64,000 nucleotides of DNA from contig CAZSKP010000011.1 of assembly GCA_964607485.1 (NCBI GenBank), positions 1-64,000 on the forward strand, read 5' to 3'. The position numbers and the translations under genes were made by a program. The notes beneath the pieces are model-generated. The model saw only the letters and a program-made list of their open reading frames with translations. It was not told the DNA's origin and did no database searches. Origin of the DNA: an uncultured bacterium. GTDB lineage: Bacteria > Abyssobacteria > SURF-5. How positions within the stretch are numbered: position 1 is the first letter of the stretch; the number at the start of each line of letters is the position of its first letter. This document shows positions 20,399 through 30,883 of the stretch, one piece after another.

Positions 20399-21118
20399 AT
20401 GGAATCAAGCGAGGGCAGACTGTCGTTGTCGAGGCGCGGGTTTCTGAAGGCCTCGGCCGGGGGCGCGTTGGTTCTTGTATCGTCGTTTTCAGCGTTTTCC
20501 TGCGCGGAAGCAACAGAGGTAGGATCGAGAGAGGAGGCCAAAATGGCATACGAAGCGAAAGACTTCAGCGGCTTATTGGGAATGGAAGGGTTCAGCGATA
20601 CCCTGCTGAACAACCACTTCACGCTGTACAAGGGCTACGTCACGAACACGAACAAGAACCTCGAAATACTCGACGGTTTGCTCAAGGGCGACAAGACGGG
20701 CTACGAGTACGGCGAGGTGAAGCGCAGGCTCGGCTGGGAATTCGACGGCATGCGGCTGCACGAGCTCTACTTTGGCAATCTCGGCGGAAAGACAGCGCTT
20801 GACAAGAAAGGCAAGCTGGCCAAGAAGATGGCCGATGATTTCGGAAGCTGCGAGGCGTGGGAGAAAGATTTCAAGGCCGTCGGCGGGATGCGGGGAATCG
20901 GCTGGGTCGCGCTGTATCAGGATAACACAAACGGCAGGCTCATCAACTTCTGGATCAACGAGCACGACGTGGGACATCCCTCGGGATGCATACCCATCCT
21001 CATAATGGACGTGTTCGAGCACGCCTTCATGACCGACTACGGCCTGAAGAAAGCGGACTACATCGCGGCCTTCTTCAAGAACATCAACTGGGACGTGGTC
21101 GAGAAGAGGCTGAAATAG
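20399..21118 (+). CDS. sod: Fe/Mn superoxide dismutase with Tat leader; alternative start at 20543
   Basis: HFTLY, LHELYF, DVFEHAF ligand motifs; SRRGFLK leader. Confidence 0.88.
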   Translation: MESSEGRLSLSRRGFLKASAGGALVLVSSFSAFSCAEATEVGSREEAKMAYEAKDFSGLLGMEGFSDTLLNNHFTLYKGYVTNTNKNLEILDGLLKGDKTGYEYGEVKRRLGWEFDGMRLHELYFGNLGGKTALDKKGKLAKKMADDFGSCEAWEKDFKAVGGMRGIGWVALYQDNTNGRLINFWINEHDVGHPSGCIPILIMDVFEHAFMTDYGLKKADYIAAFFKNINWDVVEKRLK

Positions 21119-21191
21119 GCCAGGGAATTTGAGACAGGCGCCGTTTTGGAGTGCAACCCCTATAGGCGCAAAGGTGCGGACAAAGAACGGA

Positions 21192-21232
21192 CGGGGCGCG
21201 AGCCCGGCAACGGATGCGCGCCCCCTTTTTTT
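21192..21232 (+). terminator. Rho-independent terminator after sod
   Basis: GGGGCGCG...CGCGCCCC stem followed by a T run. Confidence 0.65.
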
Positions 21233-21250
21233 GATCGACTGGAGGCCCTT

Positions 21251-22030
21251 GTGAAAAAGACACTAACAATATTTTGTGTGATTCTTGTTTCCTCCTTCTG
21301 GATTCTCGTTGCCAGTGCGGCGGCGACGCCGACCAACATCATAGTGAGGGTATTGGGCAAGGGATCGAAGTTCGTGGGCACGAGCATGGGCGGCGCGCTG
21401 GTTACTCTGAAAGACGCGAACACCGGAGAGGTGCTGGCGAAAGGTATCACCGAGGGCACTACCGGAAATACGGACCTCATCATGAAGACTCCACGAATTC
21501 CCGGAAGACAACCGATCTCAGACAACACGTCGGCCAAGTTCACCGCAGAAATTGATATCGACGCGCCCACCTATGTCGAGATATCCGCGTACGGTCCTCT
21601 GGCCGAAGAACAATCCGCGACGAAGGCGTCGGTCACGCAGTGGATTCTGCCGGGAAAAGACATAACGCTGGGTGACGCCATTCTGCTGGAGCTGCCTGGA
21701 TTCGCCGTCAAGATACTGTCGCCCTCTGCAGACCTCACGCTCGGCGGAGTTCCCCAATCCGTTGAGATAAGAGCCAGTGTGAGCATGATGTGCGGATGCC
21801 CTATTGAGCCCGGCGGCTTGTGGGACGCAGACAAGATCGAAATCGAGGCGGCGGTGAAAAGGAACGGCGGTGAAGCGGAGGCCATCGACATGAACTATGC
21901 CGGTGAGAGGAGCCAGTTCGAGGCCGCCTACAAAGTAACGGAACCGGGAACCTACGAAGTGACCGTATCTGCCTTTGACCCATCCAACGGAAACACAGGT
22001 CTGGACAAGACGACGTTTACGGTCGAATAA
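21251..22030 (+). CDS. Secreted hypothetical protein with MMCGCP motif
   Basis: GGAGG then GTG; Sec-type leader MKKTLTIF...ASAAA. Confidence 0.75.
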   Translation: MKKTLTIFCVILVSSFWILVASAAATPTNIIVRVLGKGSKFVGTSMGGALVTLKDANTGEVLAKGITEGTTGNTDLIMKTPRIPGRQPISDNTSAKFTAEIDIDAPTYVEISAYGPLAEEQSATKASVTQWILPGKDITLGDAILLELPGFAVKILSPSADLTLGGVPQSVEIRASVSMMCGCPIEPGGLWDADKIEIEAAVKRNGGEAEAIDMNYAGERSQFEAAYKVTEPGTYEVTVSAFDPSNGNTGLDKTTFTVE

Positions 22031-22081
22031 CATACGTACTTCACCATCAGATGTGAGAAATCCGGGGTGCGTATTTCGTTC

Positions 22082-23581
22082 TTATGAAGGCTGGCTCTCA
22101 ATTGCAGTGAAATCCGGCACCGCCTTATGATAGTCTGTGTTTTGCTCGAAGGTGTAGGCGGCGCGAAACAGGCTCTGCTCGTCGAAGGGTTTGCCTATCA
22201 TCTGCAGGCCGATAGGCAGACGCTCAGATGAAAAGCCGCAGGGCAGGACTATCGCGGGCAGTCCCGTCAGGTTGACAGGAAGGGTGAACACGTCGGAGAG
22301 ATACATCTGAAGGGGGTCGTCAACCTTCTCCCCGATCTTGAATGGCGGCGTTGGCGTGGCCGGCATGATGACAACGTCGCACTTCTTGAACGCTTCCTCG
22401 AAATCCTGCTTGATCAGGGTTCTCACCTTCTGCGCCTTGAGATAATAGGCGTCGTAGTAGCCCGAGCTGAGCGCGAATGTGCCCAACATTATCCTCCTCT
22501 TGACCTCCGGGCCGAACCCCTCACTCTTGGTCTTGTGGTACATTTCTATAAGGTTGTCCCGCTCGGGATAGCGGAAGCCATACTTGACGCCGTCGTAGCG
22601 GGCAAGGTTCGAGCTCGCCTCGGCCGGAGCCACTATGTAGTAAGCAGCGAGACCATAGTCGCTGTGAGGCAGCGAGACCTCTAAGCTCTCGGCTCCCAAT
22701 TCCTTGAGCCGCTCGATGGCGGCCTCGGCGGATTTTACCACCTCCGGGTCGATGCCCTCCAGTGAATAACGGGCCACCCCTATTTTCAATCCCCTGACAT
22801 CGTTCAGCAAGCTTTGAGTGAAATCAGGGCACTCGACCTCGGCCGAAGTCGAGTCGCGGGGGTCGTGGCCAGCAATAACGTTCATCAAGAGGGCCGCGTC
22901 GGCGACATCTTTCGTAAGCGGACCTATCTGGTCGAGCGAGGAGGCGAACGCGACCAACCCGTACCGCGACACGCGGCCATACGTCGGCTTCAACCCAACG
23001 ATGCCGCAGAAAGCGGCCGGCTGCCGGATTGAGCCGCCTGTGTCTGAGCCCAACGCAACAATCGTCTCTCCGGCCACCACCGCCGCGGCCGAACCTCCGC
23101 TCGAGCCGCCCGGAGCGCGGGAGACATCCCACGGGTTATGGGTCGGTCCGAAGGCCGAGTTTTCTGTCGAGGAACCCATGGCGAATTCATCCAAGTTAGT
23201 TTTGCCGACGACCACAGGTTCCACCGCCCGAAGCCTCTTTACCACCGTCGCATCATACGGCGAGATGAAGCCTTTCAATATCTTCGAGCCGCACGTGGTC
23301 TCGGTCCCGGTCATGCAGAAGTTGTCCTTGAGCGCCAGGGGTATTCCCGCCAGTTCGTGAACACGTTTGCCGGCCTTGACCTTCTTGTCGACTGCCTCGG
23401 CGCTTCGAAGCGCATCATCCCTGAACACCTGCAGGTAGGCCCTGATGTGCGGGTCGCGTCGCTCGATGTTTTCCAACACCCGAGTGGTTATCTCCGCTGA
23501 CGTCACTTCGCGCGACACAAGCATTTCATGGAGCACGTGTGCCGGGAGAAGCGTTGGGTCTTGGTTGCTCTTTCCCTGCAT
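22082..23581 (-). CDS. gatA: Asp/Glu-tRNA amidotransferase subunit A
   Basis: [45 protein letters not shown]. Confidence 0.97.
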   Translation of the reverse strand: MQGKSNQDPTLLPAHVLHEMLVSREVTSAEITTRVLENIERRDPHIRAYLQVFRDDALRSAEAVDKKVKAGKRVHELAGIPLALKDNFCMTGTETTCGSKILKGFISPYDATVVKRLRAVEPVVVGKTNLDEFAMGSSTENSAFGPTHNPWDVSRAPGGSSGGSAAAVVAGETIVALGSDTGGSIRQPAAFCGIVGLKPTYGRVSRYGLVAFASSLDQIGPLTKDVADAALLMNVIAGHDPRDSTSAEVECPDFTQSLLNDVRGLKIGVARYSLEGIDPEVVKSAEAAIERLKELGAESLEVSLPHSDYGLAAYYIVAPAEASSNLARYDGVKYGFRYPERDNLIEMYHKTKSEGFGPEVKRRIMLGTFALSSGYYDAYYLKAQKVRTLIKQDFEEAFKKCDVVIMPATPTPPFKIGEKVDDPLQMYLSDVFTLPVNLTGLPAIVLPCGFSSERLPIGLQMIGKPFDEQSLFRAAYTFEQNTDYHKAVPDFTAIESQPS

Positions 23582-23592
23582 CGTGAAGGTTC

Positions 23593-23883
23593 CTATTCGA
23601 TCACCCGAGGGACAACGAAAAAGCTGTCCTTGCGCTGAGGCGCGTTCCGCCGAATTTCTTCGGTAGGCGACGGTTCCGCTCTCACTTTGTCCTCGCGCAT
23701 TGGCGTTCTTGTGAAAAACATGTGGGATGTCGGCGGGACACCGGTGGTGTCGAGTTCGTTCAGCTTTTCGACATATTGGAGTATTTCATTCAACCGGGAG
23801 ATGAATGCTTCGAGCTCCTCTTCGCCAAAGCTCAGCCTGGCAAGTTTCGCCACATGCTCGATCATCTCACGGGTTACTTTCAT
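23593..23883 (-). CDS. gatC: Asp/Glu-tRNA amidotransferase subunit C
   Basis: [32 protein letters not shown]. Confidence 0.95.
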   Translation of the reverse strand: MKVTREMIEHVAKLARLSFGEEELEAFISRLNEILQYVEKLNELDTTGVPPTSHMFFTRTPMREDKVRAEPSPTEEIRRNAPQRKDSFFVVPRVIE

Positions 23884-23909
23884 CCTCGATTCTCCATGGC
23901 CGCGCCGCT

Positions 23910-24317
23910 CTATTTCACGTCTTTTTTTCTTATGTTCTCAAGGGCGCGATGTACCAGGTCATAGATATGACTTATCTCAAAGGGCTTCTTAACATCCGCG
24001 AACGCCCCGAGCGCGAGAGCTTCACTAATCATTTCCTCGAGCCCGTAACCGGTCATCACGATGACCTGACTCTCGGCGGAGATTTGCCTCAGCTTCTTGT
24101 AAACCTCCAACCCGTTGATGCCGGGCATCCGGATGTCGGTAAATATCACGTCGTATCGGGTCGTCTTGGCTTTTTCCAACCCTTGGAACCCGTCTTCGGC
24201 GGTATCCACGACGTAGCCCTTGCGCGACAGGACGTCGAACAAGAGTTCTCTTATCACTGTCTCGTCGTCGATGACGAGTATCCGAACAACATCACTCTTC
24301 TCGCTGGGAGGAGTCAT
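23910..24317 (-). CDS. Single-domain response regulator
   Basis: ILVIDDE, TDIRMPG, MTGY, KKPF; start uncertain. Confidence 0.9.
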   Translation of the reverse strand: MTPPSEKSDVVRILVIDDETVIRELLFDVLSRKGYVVDTAEDGFQGLEKAKTTRYDVIFTDIRMPGINGLEVYKKLRQISAESQVIVMTGYGLEEMISEALALGAFADVKKPFEISHIYDLVHRALENIRKKDVK

Positions 24318-24400
24318 TTGCGGGAAATTATACAGGATGAGGGTCTTGGCATCAAGCCTTTTTCGGCGGTGGGAGGAGAATGGCGAGCTCAGATCCCGCT

Positions 24401-24429
24401 TTGACAACCCATATATGCTGTGTTACGAT
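24401..24429 (+). promoter_or_regulatory. sigma70 promoter of the radical SAM gene
   Basis: TTGACA-17 bp-TACGAT with extended TG. Confidence 0.65.
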
Positions 24430-24438
24430 TGGCCCGAA

Positions 24439-25809
24439 ATGAGCAAACGAGTGCTTCTGATCGCTCCTTACATTCACGATTTCGCCGCATACGACCTCTG
24501 GCTCAAACCCCTCGGTCTCCTCTATCTTGCGGCGGCCGTCCAGAGGGCGGGGTATGAGGTCCGGCTGGTGAACTGTCTTGACCGACTCCACCCCGCGGCC
24601 TTATCCGTCGACGGCGCACATCGCTCGCGGACCGACGGCTGCGGCAAAGGAAAGTTCAGCTATGAACCTATCGCTGTCCCGAAATGCCTGAGGGACGTTC
24701 CGCGCAGATACAAGCGTTACGGAATTCCGCTCGAGGCCTTTCGGCGTCGGCTCTTCGAGGGGCCGCCACCCGATGCTATTGGTGTGGGCTCGATGATGAC
24801 GTACTGGTACGGCGGAGTGGCCGAGTCTGTCGAGGTCGTGCGGGAGATCTTTCCCGATGTACCGGTTATTCTCGGCGGGGTATACGCGACCCTCTGTCCC
24901 GAGCACGCGCGCGAGCACATCGGGGCGGACACCGTAGTCGAAGGGCCGGGAGAGACGAAGTTCATCGAAATCCTGTGCCGTCAGGTTGGGGGAAACGACG
25001 GCGAGGAGGTGCGGTCGGATTCGCTCAGGCCGGCATATCACCTGCTCGGGAAGGTGGATTCCGTCAGCATGCTCACCTCGTTCGGTTGTCCCTTCTCGTG
25101 CGCTTACTGCGCTTCGAAGCTTCTCCGGCGAGGATTTCTTCAGAGACCGGTAAAGGACGTTGTCGAAGAGATCGTCTGGTATGCTCGGGATATGAGGATG
25201 AACGACATCGCTTTCTATGACGACGCGCTCCTTGCGAATCCCGACGAGCATATCAAACCCATTCTTCGCGAAATCATCAGGAGAGGATTGCAGCTTCGCC
25301 TTCACACCCCCAACGGCCTCCACGCGAACATGATAGACACAGAATTGGCGGCTCTCATGAAAGCCGCAGGATTCGCGACGGTCCGACTCAGCGTCGAGAG
25401 CGTCCACGAAGTCCGCCTCAAGGACTCCTGCGCGAAGGTTACTCCAGAGGGTTTCGGGGCGGCGATGTCCGGCCTTTTTTCCGCCGGCTACGCCCCCGGC
25501 TCCATCGAGGCATACGTACTTATGGGAGCCCCCGGCCAGCGGCCCGAAGAGGTGGAGGAAACGATGCGTTTCGTGCACGAAAACGGCGGGGTGATACGGC
25601 TGGCCGATTTCTCGCCCATTCCAGGCACTGAATACTTCAACGCCGCCGTCAAGACGTACGGCCTGGACCCTATGGAACCGCTTCTGCAGAACAGTTCCGT
25701 CCTCCCCCACATCGTGCCGGGCCTGCTGGACCAGTATCAAGAGCTGAAAGCGCTCGCAAGGTCGCTGAACTCGGGGCTGGCTACACGCTCCCCGGCCGAA
25801 CGGGCCTGA
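24439..25809 (+). CDS. B12-binding radical SAM protein
   Basis: KPLGLLY, VILGGVYAT, GCPFSCAYC (CxxxCxxC), FYDD. Confidence 0.9.
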   Translation: MSKRVLLIAPYIHDFAAYDLWLKPLGLLYLAAAVQRAGYEVRLVNCLDRLHPAALSVDGAHRSRTDGCGKGKFSYEPIAVPKCLRDVPRRYKRYGIPLEAFRRRLFEGPPPDAIGVGSMMTYWYGGVAESVEVVREIFPDVPVILGGVYATLCPEHAREHIGADTVVEGPGETKFIEILCRQVGGNDGEEVRSDSLRPAYHLLGKVDSVSMLTSFGCPFSCAYCASKLLRRGFLQRPVKDVVEEIVWYARDMRMNDIAFYDDALLANPDEHIKPILREIIRRGLQLRLHTPNGLHANMIDTELAALMKAAGFATVRLSVESVHEVRLKDSCAKVTPEGFGAAMSGLFSAGYAPGSIEAYVLMGAPGQRPEEVEETMRFVHENGGVIRLADFSPIPGTEYFNAAVKTYGLDPMEPLLQNSSVLPHIVPGLLDQYQELKALARSLNSGLATRSPAERA

Positions 25810-25973
25810 TTCGCAATGGCGTGCAGCGAGCCATGCCGGTCCACCCGACGGAAGACTTGCATGCCCGAGGTGTTTTTGGTATATTCATTTATTATCGGCT
25901 AAGACCACCCCTTTGGATGTTCACTCCGGTTTTACAGCCGACGCGTCTCGACTAATCTCCTGAAAGGATTCTT

Positions 25974-27032
25974 ATGTCGCAAGAACAGAAGGCGGAGGAA
26001 CCGAACCGCAAGACGGGCAACCGCAGGAGAATCGCCGCAGTGGTCCTCCTGTCGCTCGCGGTCGTGGGCATTGCCGTGGCGTACTATTTCTGGCGACATG
26101 CTCAAATTTATGTTTCGACCGACGACGCATACGTTGAAGGACGTATCCACACAATAAGCGCGCGCGTGTACGGCACGGTGGAGGGAGTCGCAGTGGACGA
26201 CAACCAACCAGTCAAGAAGGGCCAGCTCCTCGTGAGGCTGGACGCGGTTCCTTTCGAGGTGTCCGTCAAGGACGCTGAGGCCGCGCTGGAGCAGGCAAAG
26301 TACGATGTGGCTCAAATGAGAGCCGCCGTCAAGGCCGCAGAAGCGCACGTTTCGCTCGCCAAGGCGACTCTGGAGCAGGCGGAGCTGGACCTGAGCAGGA
26401 CCGAAGATTTGGTAAAGGGCGGGGTGGTTTCGAAAGAGGCTCTCGACAAAGCCGTTACCAACCGCGATGTCGCCGCTGCCAGTCTGAAAGCAGCCAAGGA
26501 GGAACTCCAGAGGGCGCAGGCGGCGCTTGGCAGCGGGTCGGAAGGAGAGACACATCCCCTGATAAAAAAGAGACGGGCCGAACTGGAGCAGGCCCAACTG
26601 AATCTGAGTTACACAGAGATTTACTCGCCCGCCGAGGGCAATGTCACCCAAAAATCGGTCGAGGTCGGCAACCGGATTCAGCCGGGCCAGCCGTTGATGA
26701 CGGTGGTTCCGCTCGACGACATCTGGGTCGTGGCCAACTACAAGGAGACCCAACTGGAAAGGGTCAGGGTCGGCCAGCCGGTCAAGATTGAGGTTGACAC
26801 GTACCCCCACCTCAGGCTCGAGGGAAGGGTCGAGAGCATCATGGCCGGCACGGGCGCTGTGTTCTCACTGTTTCCTCCCGAGAATGCCACCGGTAACTAT
26901 GTGAAGGTCGTCCAGCGCATTCCCGTGAAAATCGTGCTGGACGAAAGAACAAACCCGACGCATGTCCTACGGGTTGGCATGTCCGTAGTGCCCACGATTG
27001 ACACGACCGTTATTCCCGAGAGCGTGAAATGA
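25974..27032 (+). CDS. emrA: EmrA/HlyD membrane fusion protein
   Basis: STDDAYV, ANYKETQL, FSLFPPENATGNYVKVVQRIPV. Confidence 0.92.
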   Translation: MSQEQKAEEPNRKTGNRRRIAAVVLLSLAVVGIAVAYYFWRHAQIYVSTDDAYVEGRIHTISARVYGTVEGVAVDDNQPVKKGQLLVRLDAVPFEVSVKDAEAALEQAKYDVAQMRAAVKAAEAHVSLAKATLEQAELDLSRTEDLVKGGVVSKEALDKAVTNRDVAAASLKAAKEELQRAQAALGSGSEGETHPLIKKRRAELEQAQLNLSYTEIYSPAEGNVTQKSVEVGNRIQPGQPLMTVVPLDDIWVVANYKETQLERVRVGQPVKIEVDTYPHLRLEGRVESIMAGTGAVFSLFPPENATGNYVKVVQRIPVKIVLDERTNPTHVLRVGMSVVPTIDTTVIPESVK

Positions 27033-27201
27033 GAGCGTGAAACACCTTGCGCCCTTGCCATCTTTTCGCTTCCGCCGTCCCGAATAAAGCGAAAGCTCCC
27101 ATGTGCAGCTCGACAACGCCGAAACCGTCGAGTTTCCTCGCGGAGTTTACCCCGAGCATGTCCGAAGGACTCGGAAGACGGCTGACGCTGCGAAATGAGC
27201 G

Positions 27202-28749
27202 ATGACCGAGCGATTCCACGTCAATAAATGGATCATCGCGGCCACGGTGATGATCCCGACCATCATGGAGATAGTGGACACGAGCGTGGCCAACGTCGCG
27301 CTCGCGCACATACAGGGCAGTCTGAGCGCGGGCGTCGATGAAGTGACGTGGGTTCTCACATCCTACCTCGTATCGAATGCAATAGTAATTCCAATCACCG
27401 GCTGGCTGTCCCGAACGTTCGGACGGAAAAGGTACCTGAGTTTCAGCATAGCGCTGTTCACCCTGAGTTCTCTCATGTGCGGCAGCGCACCAAATCTCAG
27501 CATGCTCGTTTTCTTCAGGGTCCTGCAGGGAATCGGGGGAGGCGCGCTGCAGCCGCTCTCGCAAGCAATCCTCCTGGAGTCGTTCCCCCCGCAGGAACAC
27601 GGCGTGGCCATGGCGGTGTTCGGGGTGGGAATCATGTTTGGGCCGATCGTCGGGCCTTTCATGGGCGGCTGGTTGACCGACCACCTGAGCTGGCGCTGGA
27701 TTTTCTACGTCAACATGCCTATCGGAATCCTGGCGCTGACGATGGTTTATTTCTTCATATACGATCCCTCGTATCTCAAGCGTGCGAGAGAAAGGGTGGA
27801 CTACTGGGGGCTGGCCCTGCTCGTGGTGGGCATCGGTTGTCTCCAGATCATGCTCGACAAGGGCGAAAGGGAGGACTGGTTCAATTCAAATCTCATCATC
27901 ATCCTGGCGGCCACATCGGCTATCGCCCTGGCGCTGTTCGTGTTGGTGGAACTGACGACGGAGAAGCCGGTAGTAAACTTGAGGGCATTCAAGGATATAT
28001 CGTTTACCGCCGGAAACACGGTGATGTTCGTCTCATTCTTCTGTTTCTTCGGAAGCATAGTTCTGCTTCCGCTGTATTTGCAGCTCCTGATGGGCTATAC
28101 TCCGACGCTGGCCGGCATGGCCCTGTCGCCGGGCGGAATCGCCAGCCTCATCTCGATGGCCCTCGTGGGAAGGCTCATTGGCAAAGTGGACGCGAGATTC
28201 ATTCTGGCATTCGGAATCGTGGTCACGAGCTATTCATTCCATATGATGACTCTGTACAATCTTTACGCCGACTACCAATACGTACTCATGCCACGAATCG
28301 TACAGGGGTTCGGCGTGGGATGTCTGTTCGTCCCGCTGACCACCCTCACTCTTACGCATATTCCAAAGGAAGAGATGGGAAATGCAACGGGAATCTTCAA
28401 TCTGCTCCGGAACCTCGGCGGCAGCTTCGGAATCGCTTTTTCGGCCACGATGCTGTCGCGTCATGGTCAGATAAATCACAGTCGCCTGGCAGAACACATC
28501 ACGCCCACAGGACTGATCTTTCAGCAGGCGCTCAATTCGCTCAGGTTCAGGCTTCCCCAGATCGGGGCCAACCCGGCTCTTCTGGATGAGACCGCCCTCG
28601 GAACGATTTACCGTGAACTGCAGAGACAGGCGATGATGCTCTCTTTCAACGATTCCTTCACATACCTGTTCTTCATCTTCTTCGTGGTCTTTCCATTCCT
28701 CTTCCTCCTCAGACGGCCTCGATACGACGGGCATATAGCGGTTCACTGA
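27202..28749 (+). CDS. emrB: EmrB/QacA DHA2 MFS efflux permease
   Basis: DTSVANVAL, WVLTSY, WRWIFYVNMPIG, RNLGGSFG; many TM segments. Confidence 0.92.
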   Translation: MTERFHVNKWIIAATVMIPTIMEIVDTSVANVALAHIQGSLSAGVDEVTWVLTSYLVSNAIVIPITGWLSRTFGRKRYLSFSIALFTLSSLMCGSAPNLSMLVFFRVLQGIGGGALQPLSQAILLESFPPQEHGVAMAVFGVGIMFGPIVGPFMGGWLTDHLSWRWIFYVNMPIGILALTMVYFFIYDPSYLKRARERVDYWGLALLVVGIGCLQIMLDKGEREDWFNSNLIIILAATSAIALALFVLVELTTEKPVVNLRAFKDISFTAGNTVMFVSFFCFFGSIVLLPLYLQLLMGYTPTLAGMALSPGGIASLISMALVGRLIGKVDARFILAFGIVVTSYSFHMMTLYNLYADYQYVLMPRIVQGFGVGCLFVPLTTLTLTHIPKEEMGNATGIFNLLRNLGGSFGIAFSATMLSRHGQINHSRLAEHITPTGLIFQQALNSLRFRLPQIGANPALLDETALGTIYRELQRQAMMLSFNDSFTYLFFIFFVVFPFLFLLRRPRYDGHIAVH

Positions 28750-28928
28750 CAGCCTCCGAGCACCATTCAACCATCAGGGCAGTTCGCTCCCGAGAGAGCC
28801 GCCCGCCTCAATTGCGGTTCTTTTGTGCCCCTTTTCAGGAAATTTTTTCTATCGTTTGCCGGGTTGAAACCGGGGGGAGATTATCTAACAGGCTAATCTC
28901 AAAGGCCTTCTGTCGCTTTCTGACTCAA

Positions 28929-28977
28929 TGGCATCGAGTTTGCTTTGTTGTCACCGTATTTGTGTGGCTGCTATACT
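28929..28977 (+). promoter_or_regulatory. Candidate sigma54 (28929-28943) and sigma70 (28948-28977) promoters of the Bat operon
   Basis: TGGCATCGAGTTTGC (GG-N10-GC); TTGTCA-18 bp-TATACT with extended TG. Confidence 0.5.
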
Positions 28978-28983
28978 GAAATC

Positions 28984-29853
28984 GTGCAAAGAACTGCCAT
29001 AAGTAAGAGTCATTTTCGCGGCCACGTGGGCGTCGGGCTCCGGCGGGCAAGGAAAATCGCCCTCACAGTAGTTATCTTGTTTCTTGCCTGCCGAGCCTCC
29101 GCGCAACCGCAGGCGACGTTAAAACCTCGCACGAAGGCGCTTCCTCTTAACCGCACGCTGACCGTGACTCTAGAACTGGTGTGGGCCGGGGAAGCCGACG
29201 TGTACGATGTCCCTCAGCCCGACCTTTCCGGGTTGCCGGAATTCGAAACCGTCGACCGGCAGCTATCCGCCATGCGACGAGGCGACGAGAATCTTTTGCG
29301 GTATGAGTTCGTGATGAAACCCTTGAAAGAAGGTGAGTTCGATCTGAGCCGGATGCGGGTCGAATACTTCGAGAAAGGCCGGGACGTTCCAACCGCGATT
29401 TACCTGCCTCGAACCCCTGTGAAGGTGGTTTCGCCCGAGGCGCTGGGGCCCAGAGCCAAGACTGCCGTGGGCATCGGCATGGTCGCCGCCGCCTGTGCCT
29501 TCGTAATCGCTCTGGTCACCCGTTCGAGGAGGATGTCTCGTGAGAAGAGGCTGAGCGAACTTGAAACCGCTGTGCAGACGCGGGCCTGCCTGCTGGCAAG
29601 ACTCGATGATGCACGTCCACTCCTGATTGAAGGCAAGATCGGGACATATCTGGAGAAATTGCTCAATCTCGTCGACTCGGATGCGCTTCGGCCCCATGCG
29701 GAGAAAACGGACGAACTGCGCGAGCTGGCGGAAGACGTGAAGTTCGGAGGACACATAGCTTCGCCCGACCAATTGAACTGGGCGGAGAAACTTGTGAGAA
29801 ACGCGATTCGAAAAGCGTTCCCGGACGAGGACGAACGCGAAGAAGAGAAATAG
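28984..29853 (+). CDS. BatD-like membrane-anchored protein
   Basis: Leader, Ig-like beta region, one TM, helical tail; start uncertain. Confidence 0.65.
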   Translation: MQRTAISKSHFRGHVGVGLRRARKIALTVVILFLACRASAQPQATLKPRTKALPLNRTLTVTLELVWAGEADVYDVPQPDLSGLPEFETVDRQLSAMRRGDENLLRYEFVMKPLKEGEFDLSRMRVEYFEKGRDVPTAIYLPRTPVKVVSPEALGPRAKTAVGIGMVAAACAFVIALVTRSRRMSREKRLSELETAVQTRACLLARLDDARPLLIEGKIGTYLEKLLNLVDSDALRPHAEKTDELRELAEDVKFGGHIASPDQLNWAEKLVRNAIRKAFPDEDEREEEK

Positions 29854-29877
29854 AGGACATATGGAGGAGTCCGGAAC

Positions 29878-30867
29878 ATGAGCGAAGATATTCAAGTGAT
29901 AACCCAGCGCGTAAAGGAACAGAGCAAGTTCGTCCGTATACTGATGACGGAGCTCGCCAAGGTAATAGTCGGGCAGAGATACATGATCGAGCGCCTTCTT
30001 GTCGGGCTTCTCTCCGACGGCCACATCCTGCTCGAGGGAGTTCCGGGACTCGCGAAGACGACCGCCGTCCGGGTTCTCAGCGAATGCATCGACACGAAAT
30101 TTCAGCGGATCCAGTTCACGCCCGATCTGCTCCCGGCCGACCTCTTGGGCACGCAGGTGTACAATCCAAAAGACGGAGGATTCACCGTAAAGAAGGGCCC
30201 GATATTTGCCAATCTCATATTGGCCGACGAGATAAACCGGGCGCCCGCGAAAGTGCAGAGTGCGCTTCTCGAGGCCATGCAGGAACGCCAGGTGACGATA
30301 GGCGAAGAGACATTCAAGCTCAACGAGCCATTTCTCGTTCTGGCCACCCAGAATCCCATCGAACAGGAGGGTACCTATCCGCTTCCCGAGGCCCAGGTTG
30401 ACAGGTTCATGCTCAAACTGAGGATCACGTATCCGAACAAGCAGGAGGAGAGGGAGATAATGGACCGCGTAGTGGTAGGAACAGACTTTCACCTCGAACC
30501 GGTCGTCACGCCAAACGATATACTCGAAGCAAGAACCGCCGTGAACTCGGTGTACATCGACGACAAGATCAAGGACTACATCGTGAACGTCGTCTTTGCC
30601 ACGCGCGAGCCCGCGAGCTTCGGCATGCCTCAACTAGAGGGTCTGATCGAATACGGCGCGTCGCCGCGCGCTTCGATATACCTCAGTCAGACGGCAAAGG
30701 CCTACGCGTTCATGCAGGGACGCGGCTATGTGACGCCTCAGGATGTGAAGTCGATAGGCATGGACGTTCTGCGCCACAGGGTGATCGTATCGTACGAGGC
30801 CGAGGCCGAGGAGATGTCCTCGGAAGATATCGTACAGAAGATCTTCGACCACGTCGAGGTTCCATGA
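29878..30867 (+). CDS. moxR: MoxR family AAA+ ATPase
   Basis: EGVPGLAKT, RIQFTPDLLPAD, ADEINRAPAKVQSALLEAM, ATQNPIEQEGTYPLPEAQ. Confidence 0.96.
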   Translation: MSEDIQVITQRVKEQSKFVRILMTELAKVIVGQRYMIERLLVGLLSDGHILLEGVPGLAKTTAVRVLSECIDTKFQRIQFTPDLLPADLLGTQVYNPKDGGFTVKKGPIFANLILADEINRAPAKVQSALLEAMQERQVTIGEETFKLNEPFLVLATQNPIEQEGTYPLPEAQVDRFMLKLRITYPNKQEEREIMDRVVVGTDFHLEPVVTPNDILEARTAVNSVYIDDKIKDYIVNVVFATREPASFGMPQLEGLIEYGASPRASIYLSQTAKAYAFMQGRGYVTPQDVKSIGMDVLRHRVIVSYEAEAEEMSSEDIVQKIFDHVEVP

Positions 30868-30883
30868 GGATATCCGGACAGCA

